Shown in pieces: positions 39,434-53,209 of a DNA stretch of 64,000 nt (position 1 is the stretch's first letter; each line of letters opens with the position of its first letter). The DNA is from Ascidiella aspersa (Eukaryota), in assembly GCA_963924565.1 (NCBI GenBank), contig OZ004612.1:3348001-3412000 (forward strand), in the 5' to 3' direction. Under the pieces are notes generated by a model. It was not told the DNA's origin. It saw only the letters and a list, made by a program, of their open reading frames with translations, and did not search any database. The translations under genes and the position numbers were made by a program.

Positions 39434-42400
39434 ATTTAAAGCAAAGTTTTTTGACTCTCCAGTTGAATTTTTTTCATCAAATTTAAAGCCAATCATTTTG
39501 TTCTTCCTGTTTCGAGCCTTAATCTAAATTTGAAAGCGATCGTTAGCGAATTTGTCGACTTTTGCACCCCTACATAAAGCTAAGTAGAATGCGGTCCATA
39601 ACTTGAATTTTCCAGGTAATTGTCAGAAATAAACTAAATTAAAACAGAAAAAAAACTTTGCACAATATAGGATAAAATTGTTGATTTATTGATTGATGGA
39701 TTGTACTTATACTATAGACACCCTTAAGCGTTAAAAGGTACTGCGGATTGACCTTCTTCAACAATTTTCTTTTTTTTCAATTGCTTCACTTCTAGAATTC
39801 GTCTTTCGGCGAGCAACGCACCCATTTTAAAAGTTACGTCGCCGATTCAAAAGTAGCAGGTATACCGTTTAATTCTCTCGGTATTTGCGACCAATTTGCA
39901 CCTTAGCTGTGCAAATGTATAAACTGGTTTATTACGAAATGGCGAAGAATAATTTTTTTTCGAAATGCAGTGAATGATAAGCCTGACTATGTGTGTTCGA
40001 AGCCTAAACATGAATAGTTCTTTAAAAAACGGATCAAAACTACACAATCATTTGCAAAGTTATTTAAAATCGGGAAAAATAATCGTTTTTGACTTGCAGC
40101 CATCGATGTGTCCTAGTAACCGTGGAGAGCTTTTACAGCACACAACTGTATCGAAATGTCACACGATGACTAAGGCCAAAATCGATGTCAATCGGGGATT
40201 TTGGACGCTAATAGTTTTCAGCGAATTAAAGGCTTTTAAAGTTTTCCTGCTTCTAGCTCATGATTTGTTGGCACAATTTGTTGAATCAACGTATTCGATA
40301 TGTTATTTGATTTTTGTTGCTTCGACTAATAGATTTGGTTTCAATATTAACTTACCGCAAACCCCCCTAATTTCGTGTGTATTCGTGTATCGGTAAATTA
40401 CCAAACCCCACCGATAGAGCCAACAATACTAATTTATGTAAAAACTAGTTAAGGTTCTATTCGTGTTGTAATCAGGGAGTCGGACGTAATTTTTAAAAGA
40501 CTCCGCAGCCCTGGTTATAATAACCCTATCCTGGTGTGTTGATAACCCATGGACAAACATATTGAACGTCATGTTAAAAGCAATACAAGTTGAACCACTT
40601 GCAACCCATAGGCCTGGGATGGTAAACCAAAGATCCGCTGATCACAAAGTGAAATTGAAAGTTTCAATAAACAACACGGATCACCAGCCAAGGATAACAT
40701 TATTTGTAGAGAAGACACGGCAGCAAGTTTAACATTAATTTAAACCTGTAGTTTAATGTGTGAACCACTTGTGTCTTTTTCATCGATAAAGGTCTAAATT
40801 GTGACCCAAGCAATAGAAAGGTTCCCTGCATTGACCCACAGTTATTGTTCGTAAAAACTAGTTATGGTTACACTCTTGTTATAATAACCCTATTTTGATG
40901 TATTAATAGCCCCTATAGTCCTAGAGAAACCTACTAAAAATACACAATACAATTTTATCCGGCAGCTGAATTTTAAACACGTATTGTACAGATACCGCAA
41001 AATAACGCAGTAAACAGTCGTTTCGTCAGCGCCAAAATTAACATTTATGAACGAAAATAGCAACGGGGCGCTCGTAAAACTCACAACAGCCTCGTAACGT
41101 TAAAGTACACAGAGAGTTAAGCGTTGTCGGCTTTTGATTGCTCTGCGCCGCGGTTTTTGTGAATGGAGGGCGGCCCAGCCTTTGTGTGCTCTCGGCGCTG
41201 AGCAAATCCTTTTGGAATGTTTTCCCTGCGTTTTTTTAGTCGTTACGTCACGCAGGAGTTGCGCAACAATAAAGTTAGGGGGTTGACCGCTGCGTAAGGG
41301 CGAAAGGAGAAAAATGCCCGGCGGAAAGTTGTTTTGTTTGTCTGGTCATTGTGAATGTTATCAAAAGAGGATTTCCCGTTTTTTCCCAGAAGTTTGGTAG
41401 ACGACTCAACATTGCCGATTTAATAGCGTTCTAGCCCTGTATATTTTTCTGTCGTGTAATAATTATCCAAAACTGTTAATAAAAACATAAACTATGTAAA
41501 CGGACCATAGGCAACACAAGATAAAACTACAAAAACAATTAAAAAAACATAAATAACTAGGCTAAATTTTGATGTATTTTTACAGTGACGATTTTAGCCA
41601 CGGTAACCAAATGTTGTTAATTTTTATAAATTTATGGCTTTTATGGGTCACAATGTTATCTATGGTTCAGATTCATGTTATTTGTTCTGCAAAGAAACTT
41701 ATAAAACAGATTACTAGAAGTGTTTATATCATCTGAATGACAGCACAGTACCTTACTTCAATGGATATATTCGTTAAAAACACATTATATTTGTGTGTTT
41801 TCCATATCATGTAAACTAAATGTAAAAAAGTAACGTTTTAACTGTTAAAAGTTTTTGGAAGTTGACTGTGCGGTTTTAATATCAATAGATTGCAAGCAAA
41901 ACGTGCATAAACATCTAAAATGGGATTTTTAAGCATACACATTTGTCATATTAAAGCCGTTCTTATCAAAGTTTTAAATAGTGCGACCAACATTTGTTTC
42001 AATAGAGTTAAAGTTTTTAGTTCGCACATAACCGTAGTAATGGCGCATGTATATGACCTAAAGTTGATTGGTCATTAACCAGACGACCAACTTTTAACCA
42101 GGTCGTGAACCTTACAACCAATGGAATGACGGGGACGGGTTTATTTGTTTAAGTTGGGAGAAGCAATTGGTGAGCAGACGGACTGGAATTTAATGACACT
42201 TGTTTCATGTATGGTTTGCGGACACTGTCTACTACTCATTGTAAACAACATCCTGTACACACAGAAACACAAGCTAATCACTTTTATCGATGGAGAAAGT
42301 GTCTCCACTGGTAGATTAAAATCCCCTTCAATAAACGGATAGTCTCCCACGTACTTTGTATGTTAGCTGTCAACGTTATCGAAATTTCCCAACAGAGACT

Positions 42401-42939
42401 GTTAGTAAAATGACTTGTAAAATATAGTGCTGAGCTGTCCTAATGAAATATTTTCTAGATTCAAAATATTAATGCTATTAGCAGGTTATATAAGTGGTTG
42501 CAATATTTGGTTCATCGTATCCTTCTTGCAGAGACATTAAACACCACCAATCACATTGTGATCTATCAAAATAAAATGTCTGCTGCCCAAAAAGCAAATT
42601 TTTTCGACCATGAGAATCTGGACCTTCCTTCTAAAAATGTGGAATTTCCAAGACTATAATTAAAAATATGTCTATTAAGCTATAAAATACCAGCCTGCGA
42701 AAAGGAATTAACGAACGCTAAATGTTCTACATTGCGTAAAAAATTTTTCCACTCAAAATTGAGGCTGCAAATGGTGTGGTATGCATTTTTACAACAACAA
42801 AAATACAAATGTACACAATTCAAGATGGGTTAACGTGACCAGTTATAGTAGGCGGAGTTTGGGAACGTAAATAGAGATTAACCTTGCGAGAAAAAGTTAT
42901 TATATCGGAAGAAGATCAATTCGAAAACATTTCGAACAA

Positions 42940-43325
42940 GTGTTTATTCATTTTACAATCACAAGGGGACAAAAAAAAATGGAAACCAAAATCTGTAACA
43001 AAGGTAAAAGGTTGGGAACCACTAAATGCACTCAAACGGCATCTTCACATTAGTTATAATATCTGAGCAATAGAAATTTTTATCTTTATTTATTACAACA
43101 TCACAAAAGTTATCAAAACGGAACAAACGAAAACTGTAAAACAAAGAGCTGTTACAACAGAAAAAAGCTTGGAAACCACTAAATTTTCTCAAATTATACC
43201 TTTAAAGAAATTGTTTTATTTAAGCAGTACAATTTTTTTATCTTTATTCAATACTTCATCACAAAACTGCTCATAACAGGACAATAGAAAAATTGTAAAA
43301 CAAAGAACTGATATAATGGAAAAAC
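42940..43325 (+). repeat. Degenerate tandem repeat (~3 units, ~130-160 bp)
   Basis: Recurring TTTATT..ATCACAA..TGTAA.ACAAAG..ACCACTAAAT. Confidence 0.6.
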
Positions 43326-43399
43326 GTTACCACCGAGGAAACCACCTTGTACTACAGAGAAAGAGAACAAGGCTTTACATTGGCGCGTTTCATAAACAC

Positions 43400-43570
43400 A
43401 GAACGCGCCAGCGGCCACATTTCCGTTCCGCATTGAAGGAAGTCTACGTCACGACGGGAAAAGTGACGTCACTTGCCGCGCATTGTTGCGACACAATCCA
43501 CCCAATCACGTGACCCGGACAGGAACCAATCACAAGCGTTGATCGATAATCCGTAACGCGTGCGGTTTGC
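43400..43570. promoter_or_regulatory. Promoter-like motif cluster with no adjacent coding exon
   Basis: Palindrome AAGTGACGTCACTT (43461-43474), CCAATCACGTGA (43502-43513), a second CCAATCA (~43526), GGAA ETS cores, CpG-rich. Confidence 0.4.
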
Positions 43571-44636
43571 GAATGTTATGAATGGGCTTTGAGGGAGAAA
43601 ATTCTGATTGAACAAAAACGAACGACAAAATTCGTGAGCCAGAGTGCGATCTGAGCTCTGTAATGATTTTCGAAGTGTTTTGGTGGGTTTATTGTACTGA
43701 TCAGATTGGGGAAGATAACCGATTCTCAGTATTAACATGCAAAAGTGTCAGACATCCCTTGAACAGGGAATTTTTTTCCGATACCCGATATTTATGGAGA
43801 AATTTGCCGTACATTACCAATTACGTCACTTCTAAGATTCATTTTGAATTCCAAGTTTTGCTATATTAATAAGCTTCCTAATACACTTATGTGTGTGCGA
43901 TTATAGTGCAAGAAATCCAGAAGGTTTGTTCTTTTGTTTTTGCACAACTGATGTGTGCTGTTTCAACCTCGTTTATTGTGACGTTACAGTAAACCACGAA
44001 GCAAAAATACTAACAAGTGTGCCGCAAACTATTTATAATTTGCTCAGGGTACTGCAAGCCAACAAAACACTTACAACCACCACGTTAAACAACACGCTTA
44101 AACTTCGGTAAAGCGGCAAAAGTGATGAACTATCGCGGCAAAGTTCAGCGCAAAGTCATCCTACACTTCCGTCGAACCTCACACATCGCTGTAAATTAAT
44201 CGCCCTTCTATGTATATGCGCTATTAATAGTTGTCACTTCCACAAGGTTACAAATAATCGCATTCCGAGAAGCGGTGGTGGGTGGGGGGTATAGCGGAAA
44301 GTAGTGAAGGGACAAAACGCGCGCTGATCGATTGTTGCGTCACAGCACGACAATGATGTTGCACAGAAGCGGAAGACGGTGAGAGTGCAACGTTGAATGT
44401 TGCCGATCTATCATCTTACCTTAGGCGTGTAAATACAACTCGGGAGGAGCCATCTAGTAAGAAACAGGCAGCCTTATTTCGAGCTTGACCTTTACTGTAT
44501 TTTCTGCCAAAATCACACCTTACACATAAAAACCTCCTTGAAGAAAAATTACACCATTGCAGAAATCACTATCCCCCTATTTCTCTGACCCACACGCCTT
44601 TTCTAGTAATTATTTTTTTGTATGGGTATCTAAGAC

Positions 44637-45208
44637 TAGGGCTGCGGAGTCGGACTCGTACTCGGGATCCGGGAATTGACGGAGTGGGTTTATTTTGCTG
44701 GAGTCGGACTCGGGACTCGAGTTATACTATAGATTCACGAGTCCGAAGTGCGCATGCGCAGTATCAAATTGAGAAAATGACAAGGCCTTATAACTGCTCA
44801 TTTTAAAGGTAGAATTGCATTTGGAGGATATTTTCCAACCATGTATTTTGGGTGAACGAATTATACAACACCCTTATAAGTGGATTGGATAGGTTTAATA
44901 ATGATAGTATAGCAATTTCGACATACTCGCCATCAAATCGGGCAGGTACACACCATAGCTGTGCAACCCTATAGAACAATTGTGTCGACAAAGTAAACTT
45001 TAAGCACAAAGTAACGGCCTATAAACAGTGGATAGGTCTAATGACGCCCCTATGAGTGGACTCCTAAATATACACCATATTATCGTTCAGTAAATGACTG
45101 TAAATTCGGAGCTGGACTCGGGACTCGACGAAAAAGCACATTTCACCAGAGTCAAACTATGGACTCGGGATTTGAAATCGGGTTATTTTTAACCGACTTC
45201 AAGCCCTG
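44637..45208. mobile_element. MITE with AGGGCTGCGGAGTCGG termini
   Basis: TIR AGGGCTGCGGAGTCGG / CCGACTTCAAGCCCTG and internal GGACTCG reiterations. A collapsed copy lies at 40473-40513. Confidence 0.7.
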
Positions 45209-47019
45209 GCTAAACAACTACACGTGGAATAAAAATCGTAAACCTGTATTTGCCTCAGCACTAATTGCTCCACCTTTTTAGCACCTAATCTACCATGCTA
45301 AATGTCAATCAACATAAATCGCTCTTCTGGTGTAAACGAAGTTATAAACCGTGAATCTGTTGCATACTGCAATAGCAACTCGCATTGTACACTTTGTAAA
45401 AAATGTAATTATTGCGCTTTATCGCCACCGCGCGAATTGTATGCCATGTAACAACAGAAGCCTACAAACTTGGAAGGTTAGTCGTGAACTTCTTAATCAA
45501 ACCCTTGTTCAAATTGTGTTGCTAAATTTAGCAAGTGTTCTTAATAAGCAGGTTTTCGTTAACTTATTGCTATTTACCGATTTCGAGACAAACCTGTTTG
45601 TTTTTGCTGAAATGCTTTGTAGGGTACATGAATAATTGCCGACTAAGAGCTATTGTGTTTACGGAGCAATTTGCGCTGTGTCGGCTTGCCACAGATTTAT
45701 TGTCTACTCGCACCAAAGTGTAAAGTGCTTACTGGCTTGCAATTGTGTACTTAAGACGGCATTCCGCTTGTAAACGAAGCTCTTCTCAGTTAACGTGTAA
45801 TGCTAACGAGTATACGCACGCAACCTTCAAGTCAACTTTGAAACGAGAGTCAGAAGCGTCAACTACTAAACTCGTGCCCCACAGCTTCACCAGTCTAATT
45901 CAAATGTGTAACATAATACAGCTACTTTATTACTTGGTCAAAGATGGAATATTGACATGACTGCGAAGTAGGATTCTGCAGTAGTATAGATGTTTATTAA
46001 ATAGCTACTTTATTGTGCAGTAAACCCACTTTTATTTCCTTTTTCCAGTCCAGTCATTTCCATGCTTGCAACATAAAGCATACTGGTCTTAACTGACTCT
46101 ATAAAAACGCTCTAGTGTTTGACTTTTGTGTTGCGTTTAATTGATCAAATATTGTGCAACTTTTGGAATTGTATTTATAGAGGTTTGATTTTCCCCAAAC
46201 ATTATTTATTTTATAGTTTATAAATAGAATCAATTTTCCAAGCTAAGAGTTCAATTGAAAACAGGACTTTTGGCGCCTTTTCCTTGAGTGGCTTTAGGCT
46301 TCATTGAATTTTTACATTTTATGGATCAAAAACATCAATTGTTAAGATTATTCATTTTCTGTTATGACGCTCTAAGCAATTAATACCGACCATCAACCAA
46401 AAACATGTGCCAGGTAAAACATTATGGAACAATGGCGAACAAATAGGCAGTGATCGAAAAAAACAGAAAAAAAGCCACAGTGACAGAACATGTGGTAAAA
46501 GCAACTTTTATTTCCACAATTAAGTTTAAATACTGCGGTTATTACCTTGAATAAAACATAATAACTAACTTTTTCATTAAGTAATCACTAACCAAAAATA
46601 TATGTAAAGGTCCTTATTAAAAACAATCTGCTCAAAAAACTGAGCGGCTAGAAGATACAAAATGGCGACCAAATGCAATGCCTAGCTTTCTTGTAAACTT
46701 TCAAGCAACTTGTTTACAGTAAACATTCGCAACATGTTTCGCTGGTAGCGTTTGTGGTCAAACACAACTTCGCCATTTCACTGTGACCTGTGGCATAATA
46801 ACACAACAACACTGCTCCTCATCTACACGTTGCTGATGCCTCGTTATTAGGTCAAACAGAAGGCAGTGCAACGAAATGGAACGAAATTAGGTGGCCTTGG
46901 AAGCAAAAAGGTGAACGAAAACTACATAAAAATGCTGACTGCTTGTAAAGTGAAAACTAACCTACCTAGGGTTGGAAATAATGTGTGGATTATAGCAAGT
47001 AAACAGACAAAAAGTTTTA

Positions 47020-47420
47020 ATAACTTAAATCAATGACTTCGCTGTTCTCAAATGATTTGACTTGACTTAAGCCACTTGCAAAAAATACTTTTCAAATAAC
47101 TTTGGTTAAAAATATAAGTTTTATTGAATTGTTTTTGTTGCTATTATAATCGAATGAAGTTGGACTTTTTTACTACAGAGACAACTTTGTGTAGGTTTTG
47201 CTTGTAAACAGATTGCTTGATATACATTGCGCTTTGTTATTTTGCAGTTGATATATTGCTCATAATCGGACGAGGTTACCAATTTCATTGGTTTAATATT
47301 TACTTTTATGACAAGGACTTGACTTGAAGTTGACTGGCTGTAATTATAACTTATGAACGGGACTTCATTTACTTTAGCAACTGATGACTTGAACAAGGAC
47401 TTAACTTTTTCCTAAGTCAT
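47020..47420 (-). mobile_element. Repeat family B copy (opposite orientation)
   Basis: TGACTTGACTTAAG motifs. The reverse complement aligns with about 61940-62070 (AAGTCATCAGTTG..AATTGGTAA). Confidence 0.6.
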
Positions 47421-49916
47421 TTTCATATTTAAACAGGCAAAAAAACTTGCCCATTAATATAAAATACTTAGACAAAAGACAAAGTTTGTCTCTTTTATGA
47501 TGTGAAATGTAAGGCCAATATGTTAGAACAATTTGAATAAACAAATTGGCTGTTTTTCTTGCGTATTTTATTTTATCTAGGGACAAGAAAATATCTTGAT
47601 ATAAAAATGTAGCCACAGCCTTTTAAACAAGCACCTTTGCCGACCAAGATTTGGAAATAATAGTTGTTTGAAAAAAAAAAGGAACCAGGTGCTTTACAAG
47701 TGACCCGGTAACGTTGCACGATATAACGGTGTAAACCAATACTTTGGGGGGAAATTCTCCCTCGAAATTGCTGTTAACTTCAATTTGACACGCTCAGATC
47801 TCAACAGCCTTGAATCTTTGGTTAGATGGCCACAACCTTCCAGCGTTTGTCGGTGTGTTTATGTTGGGTCATGTACGCCTGTTTTTGCCACACCAGGGTT
47901 GCTTTTCTTGCAAACATTTCAAAACACGACCGCGTCAAATGAAAAAAAAATGTTCACCGTAAATCTAAATCAACTCTAGCATGACATTACATCTCGAATC
48001 AATGAATGACCTTGGGCAATCAATGAATGACCTTGGGCGAAATTTTACACAGCGAATCTGTTTTGTTCACAAAAATAACAAATTAAATGCAACACAGCTA
48101 AAAAATACATTTTTCGTCGACTATATGGCTCTTTTATAATTAATTTTAGAGCCACGGCATTCAACCATAGAGCATTTTACTTTGTCCGTTTACAAAAAAA
48201 TATTTTAATCTACAAATACCCGTTCTACTCTACATGGCCTATTTCACCACTTTTTAATGATTTTTTATCAAAAAAAGTATATTAATTAACCCACCCAATA
48301 AATATTATTATTGAAACAATGTGCAGTATATAATACTATACTTGTATTGGCCTTTCTTACTAGTGCATTTTCTATGATTGGAACAAGCTAGAACGCAATG
48401 GTGACATTATTTCCCGTATGAATGACACTTTGGGCGAAATATACAAAAACTATGTCCGTTCACAAAAACTCCTCTTCAAACGTAACCAATTGAACTCGAC
48501 GCCGCTGTGAAATAAATATTGTGACGACCATATGACTTAAAAAAAGTAAATCTTTGTCCGTTTACCAAAACATACTTGACAGCACTAAAAACGATTTGTA
48601 GTACTCTATACATGGATTAATTTTACTACGTGTAAATATTTTGTCTTTTACTAACAATAAACCATAAATAGCCATAACCTTTCTCTTTCAAACATGAATA
48701 ATATTAAAACCAAAAAGCAATTTAACAGCGCATGTGCTAGCATCCGTTAACAGTCTAGTTTTCTATCATTATAACAAAATAAAACGTTGGCCTTGGCCTA
48801 ATGCAAATAGGAAGACAAATACTGTTTTACCAATAAAGCGTACACAACACAATTGTACATTGGTGATTTCATTTTTTTATAAGCAATAAATCAAAAAAAA
48901 TTTACAAAAACGCAAATATACTGCTAGTCATTACAACGTTATTAACCGGCTTTAAATATTAAGTAAACTTGGAATCAAAATTTGGGTTTCTTAACTTCAT
49001 TTAAAAAAATATAATTTAGCGTTGTAGTTTGCACAGGAATTGGTTCACATTCTGTTTTTTAAACGATAGTTTTCAACATTTTTTTTGTTTATAACCTTTA
49101 ACGAGTAATGTATTAAAGTAACGTTGCATTCTTATTGCGTGCAAATGAGTTTGTATTGGACATAAATGCTGTTTTTCTTGGAATTTATTTGCATGCAACA
49201 ATTTTCCTGTATGTTTGCGGGCTGTGAAAATACTGCATACACCATTCTGAGAAACGCCTGTCTTAAAAACACGCAATGCATATATTTCACGTCTCATGTC
49301 AGTTACATAATATATATGAACCTTTCTGCGATTCAAAAAAGTCTAATTTCTAAACAAACGTTATCTTGCAAAATATTTAGCTGAACAATATATTTTTTTC
49401 AATGTATGCTGTAAGCTTAATACATTTTACAAAACTTGCCTTAAACCAAAATTTACATAACTCCCATAAACACAAAAACACATTTGTGACGCTTTTTACA
49501 CCTTAAACAGCTATAACATAAATTTAACCACATTATATATAAACTGTTGCTACCAGGCATAAAATCAATCAAAAATAGCTCGTCTGGTAATTAAATAATT
49601 GCTAACGTTGGATAACAATTACAGTTATCAGTGCTGGGGCTATTTTTGATGAAACATATTTATTTAAAGAGTTATTCGACAAAACTAAATGGCCATTTTA
49701 CTCAACACTTATCTCATTATTATACAATTCTTCAATACCTCCCTTCTTAAGTTATACATACCACGTCGTTGGCAGCCACCAGGCTTCTTAATCGCTCAGT
49801 CTTGCGGTTTATTTAGACGCTGTTATGGAATGCCAGCTACCAAGAATTGTTGAATCACACATCCGCAATACAAAGAATGAACCCTGGTGACCTCAAAGAC
49901 CGAAAACGTATTACGC

Positions 49917-50437
49917 CAGCGGTTCCCAATATTTGTTTGTTGACCTCTCCCTTTGGAAGCTTATTTAGTCTCGCAGCGTTGTAATAATTCAAAAAAATTA
50001 AGTTATGTAAAACATGGTATTAGTAAATCATGTTTGGTCAAAATGCAAACTAACGAAAGCGTTTAATGTTAGCAATGAGCCTGTTACTCGATGCACAATT
50101 TACCAAACCGCGGTTTAATATGTAATACATCTTTTATATTTAAATACTTGGTTTGGCAACCTTTTTGGCTTGCGAAACCCTACAGAAATTGTAAATAGTT
50201 CGCGGCAGAGTGGTTAACCGTGACTTTACAATAAACGAGATTGAAACAGCACATTAACTGTGCAACAAGTTTTAAAGTGAAATTTTTGGCACTTTAATCG
50301 TACTCAAAAAATGCTATCAAGAAGCTTACTAATAGAACAAAAATTGGAATCCTAAATAGTTTGAAATATCACTCGGCGCACTTGAGAGGTAAAAATGGCA
50401 CCCTAGACTTCCGGGGCAACTCGGTTAAGAACCACTG
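49917..50437. mobile_element. hAT-type MITE
   Basis: TIR CAGCGGTTCCCAA / TTAAGAACCACTG. Confidence 0.5.
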
Positions 50438-50952
50438 ACTTGATGCATACCTTCAATGTATGTTTTTGTTTTAAACACAAGAATCGTGAGTCAACTTATG
50501 TTTCAAATACAGTAGTATAGGTGTGTGTGTTGGTCGTTTGCTAGTTTCTTCCCGAATACTTATATTATGCTCCTTAAATTAAGTTATGCTCCCCAAACTC
50601 AGATTAAACACTTATATACCTAAGTAACTTAATTTCGGTAATTTTTTGGTGTTCCACAATTTTTGTTAATTACAAAAGTGTTCTTAAGTCCGCGCAAAAA
50701 CAACAACTTTCACAAAGCTCCCAATTTGTGAAAGCGCTACTATATACAGTCTAACTAAACTGCTTATAGCTGCAATGTTTTATTAAACTGCAGCCAATCA
50801 TGCGCGTTTTTCTAAACGTTTAGTTATTTTAGTTTGGGCGTGTTTAGGAGATATCTTATTTGATTTATAAATGCAAACATTTTACAAAAAGGTTTTTACT
50901 CGTTCATATCGTTAACAGATTTATTTGTTTGGAAGTTGATGCGTGAGGTATA

Positions 50953-51767
50953 TTTACAAATGTTCGGCAAAATATTTTCCGTTAGTTTTTGTCTTTTTTT
51001 GTGTTTTACCGCTTTTATCTTGGATTTAATACTTGAACTTTCGCACTGATGATGGCCCGAGGATTGAGGTATTGCCGAAAGGTTTGAAAACAATAAATTG
51101 CTGATTTTATAAAAGTACTGTGGATTTGATATTTAAGTAATAGAAGAGATTTTGTAATTTTGCGACAACTAGAACGCCCATCAGGCCTATTGATTTCCAA
51201 TGCCTGCAATTAACTCTTGTCAGACTCAATGACCACTGACTGTGCCAACCTTGCTTTCACAGCCAAACAAAATTAAACAATTAATAAGTCCAAGTTATTT
51301 TAAAAGCGCAAGTCTATATAAAAAAAGGTTACATTGTAGTTTCAACCAAATAACACAAAATTCGAGGCTGATAAAAGAAAAGGTAAATTATATAAAAAAC
51401 ACCACGTTCATTATTTGCAGTGTTGTAAAAAGTCTTTTTGAAAAGCCTAAAGTACAAGTCATTTGCAAACAACAAGTCATTTTGGTTTAATGACTTGTAC
51501 TTTAGGCTTTTCAAAAAGACTTGATTACAACACTGCAAATAATCAACGTTGTGTTTTTGATATAATTTATCTTTTCTTTTATTGTCGCAAAATTACAAAA
51601 TCTCTTCTATTACTTAAATATCAAACCCATAGTACTTTTATAAAATCAGCAATTTGTTGTTTGCAAACCTTTCGGCAATACCTCAATCCTCGGGCCATCA
51701 TCATAAAAGCGATAATACACAAAAAAGACAAAAACTAACGGAAAATATTTTGCCGAACATTTGTAAA
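50953..51767. repeat. Large interrupted inverted repeat (foldback) containing decayed hammerhead-like motifs
   Basis: Paired blocks 50953-51018/51703-51767, 51047-51168/51582-51703 and 51371-51463/51489-51582. Motif CTGATGA T GGC..GCC GAAA GGTT TG at 51046-51086. Confidence 0.85.
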
Positions 51768-51939
51768 ACTACAAGGAAATAGAACTTTAAACTATTATAA
51801 TTGTTAGAAATAATCGATATGAGCAATAATTTAACTAAAAAAAATGGCACAAAATGTAGGAAGAAATTTGCTTTATTTGCAATAATTTGAGATAAATAGT
51901 TCAATTTACAAAAAAAATTAAATGAAAAAAATTATTTTA

Positions 51940-52066
51940 ACCCAAGTCATTTGACTGAATGACTTAAGTCTAAGTCAAGACGTTTGTTTTACCGACTTAA
52001 CTTAAGTCAAGTTATTCTATCTAAAAGTCAAGTCATGAAAATAGTAACTTATGTCATTAGAACACA
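51940..52066 (+). mobile_element. Repeat family B terminal fragment
   Basis: CAAGTCATTTG..GACTTAAGTC..AAGTCAAGTCAT..GTAACTTATGTCATTAGAACAC. Related ends occur at about 57270-57392 and 59995-60253. Confidence 0.55.
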
Positions 52067-53209
52067 ACACTAATTATCCGAGTCAGATTTAAGAAAACAT
52101 TTAAAATGCATCAGTAACAGAAAATTCAGATTATCCAAAATTCGCAAAATTAAATTAAACTATTAACCTAGATTTATTTTTTTTACTTGACAAAAAAATG
52201 ATCAGAGCCTTCATGAAAAAACTGTTGTTTTAACAAAAAAATACAAAAATTTAAACCCAAAGGTTTTAACTTCGGAAATCATAAAACGGCAATCAGTCAG
52301 AGTCTTTACTTTGTATGTTTAAAATTCACTTAAAACACTTTTTTCTCCCCACCAATTATGCAGATTATATACGACATGGCAACTTTTGTATTAGAAGATG
52401 CAAATAACATTAAAGCCCATGACAAGGGATGCTCATCACATTATAAAAACAAAATATATTAAAAATGCATTTCCGGCGAACAACGTGGATATACCGAATG
52501 CAACTTCAGCATTAAGCTAAATTAGAAAACTTATAAATAGCTAATGCTTAAATTACTAACAATACAAACTTAATATATCTCGAGCTGAAAATGTAATCAG
52601 AAACTACCTTTGAATCTTTTTACGTTAGGTTTAAACAACATACTAAAAATACATCAGTAACAAAAAACTTGCACTTGGCTAACGCAAAAACACTTTATAA
52701 TTTTACAGCTGCTAACAAACTTTAGCGTACGTTAAAAGCCTAACTATTACACATACGTTTTTGAAAACAACTCGCACCTATGAAAAAAAACATGCGTTTT
52801 GTTAATGCACTAACAACTAAATTAAATTCCAAAATGTCGCACTTAACTTCTAATTTTACAAACTACTGCGAGCCGGCTTGGAATGCATCATTAGCCTCCA
52901 TAAAGCGAACCATTTAGTTCACGGCAAAATGGCGGGCAGAGGAATGTTCGGCGATGCAATTCTCAACAGTTTCTGGAGATCAATTGATTAAGTCGATATT
53001 CCGGCCGCTTTGCCGCCACCGCAATTGAGAAAACAAGCAAAAGAAGCGGCGAAGGCTGGCAGGCTCCTTGTTAGTCGTTTCTCCCATCTGCAGAATGGCG
53101 CCTTCTCTGGTTTTGCGCGGTGATCCAAAGTAGATAAGGCATCAGTTCGTTCTATTGTAGGCTCTTCTACATACACGTTTTTTACCACCATTGTCACTTC
53201 GCCTATAAT

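Noticed and set aside
39974-40396. 140-aa ORF in the gene-free region
   Set aside because: No domain, splice support or coding-like composition.
47378-47400. Other CTGATGA occurrences (47381, and minus strand at ~11590, ~29534, ~58690, ~61949) as hammerheads
   Set aside because: No stem II plus GAAA at suitable spacing; two are part of repeat family B.
51015-51738. ORFs sharing the peptide CRKITKSLLLLKYQ on opposite strands
   Set aside because: A consequence of the inverted duplication, not paralogous genes.
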